A stretch of DNA of 62,414 bases from a virus: IMG/VR virus record IMGVR_UViG_3300034104_005761, one strand, 5' to 3'. Shown piece by piece: positions 61,791 through 62,414 of the stretch. Position 1 is the stretch's first letter; every line of letters starts with the position of its first letter. The position numbers and the translations under genes were made by a program. The notes under the pieces are model-generated. The model had not been told where the DNA came from. It searched no databases and saw nothing but the letters and a program-made list of their open reading frames with translations.

Positions 61791-62055
61791 TTTCTTTACC
61801 TTTAGAATAAATGATTTTAGATTTTTTGCCTACCTTAAATAAAACTTCCCCATGATAATGGTTTCTAACTTTGCTATTAAAAACGGCACCAATAGAAGGT
61901 GCATCAACAAGCTCTAAGTAAATGACCTGAGGAATATTTGCATAAGACCATACAGAACCAGAAGTAAATGTAACTATCATTTCTTTATTCGCAGGGTTCC
62001 ATTGTAAGTGGTTAATAAAAGAACTATCTACAAAATAGTGTTCTAAAGGATTCAT
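61768..62055 (-). CDS. KTSC-domain-like protein
   Basis: HYFVDSSFINHLQWNPANKEMIVTFTSGSVWSYANIPQVIYLELVDAPSIGAVFNSKVR. Confidence 0.65.
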   Translation of the reverse strand: MNPLEHYFVDSSFINHLQWNPANKEMIVTFTSGSVWSYANIPQVIYLELVDAPSIGAVFNSKVRNHYHGEVLFKVGKKSKIIYSKGKEIGQETQE

Positions 62056-62079
62056 TTTGGATTAGTCCATTCTGATTAG

Positions 62080-62162
62080 TGAGAGAAATAGGATTCGAAC
62101 CTACTGAGCTATTAGCAACTGGGTTACAGCCAGCCCCGACTCTCCAACTTCGGCGTTCTCTC
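62080..62162 (-). tRNA. tRNA-Tyr(GTA)
   Basis: GAGAGAA..CCGA-N10-TCGG..GCTGG-CTGTAAC-CCAGT..GCTAATAGC variable arm..GTAGG-TTCGAAT-CCTAT-TTCTCTC-A. Confidence 0.85.
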
Positions 62163-62295
62163 GTGCAGAGCCAATATACGCAAGCTAGCTAAGCTTCGGC
62201 ATCGTCTATCGTCCCGCCTAAGCAGCGATAAGTTCACTAGCTCTTATAGTATATTGACCCCTAGCCAACTGAGGATAGAAGTCAGTTGGAATTCT

Positions 62296-62412
62296 TTATT
62301 CTGAGTATAACTCATAATCCCAATAAGATTGTAAAACCTTAGTTTTAACTTTTTTATTTACGGGATTATAATAAGTTTTTGTTTTGTTATTTATATTCCA
62401 AACAGCTAACAT
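62296..62412 (-). CDS. possible 38-aa ORF
   Basis: MLAVWNINNKTKTYYNPVNKKVKTKVLQSYWDYELYSE. Confidence 0.3.
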   Translation of the reverse strand: MLAVWNINNKTKTYYNPVNKKVKTKVLQSYWDYELYSE

Positions 62413-62414
62413 AA

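Noticed and set aside
62080-62300. Complete tmRNA gene at the window end
   Set aside because: The T-arm/acceptor belongs to a complete tRNA-Tyr; no 5' GGGGxTG..TTCGAC-type tRNA-like half was found.

Overview
Window of a low-GC, probably actinobacteria-infecting, tailed-phage genome. It carries structural/tail genes (1-8.6 kb), a nucleotide-metabolism block (class II RNR, ThyX, dCMP deaminase, dNMP kinase), a replisome (DnaB-like helicase, AEP-like primase, DnaE polymerase, RNase H), a sigma-70-like factor, glycosyltransferases and other glycan genes, a run of small Lys/Ala-rich basic proteins, surface-protein genes, a giant tail fibre, a collagen-like/S74 fibre, and a leftward block of small ORFs with tRNAs. 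Main finding: 13 sites in 12 genes where the reading frame must shift +1 exactly at an in-frame CGG codon (11x CGGA, 2x CGGT). The intact protein resumes at the embedded GGN glycine codon and restores recognisable motifs (NeuD 'VIIGAGGH', RecB-like 'LGNIVH', PD-(D/E)XK 'YTPDF..VEIKG', sigma factor, M15-like peptidase Zn-ligand region, S74 collagen-like fibre, holin-like protein). On the minus strand at 58078-58151 the phage encodes a tRNA-Gly(UCC) with G37 instead of the usual A37 and a mismatched anticodon stem. Its extended anticodon 5'-UCCG-3' is complementary to CGGA. I propose a phage-encoded quadruplet-decoding (or +1 frameshift-promoting) tRNA-Gly that translates CGGA/CGGU as glycine and so gates expression of a sigma factor, structural and lysis-type genes. 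Three in-frame CGG codons appear not to shift, or are ambiguous, and are reported as counter-evidence. The CGG survey was done by eye and needs computational confirmation.
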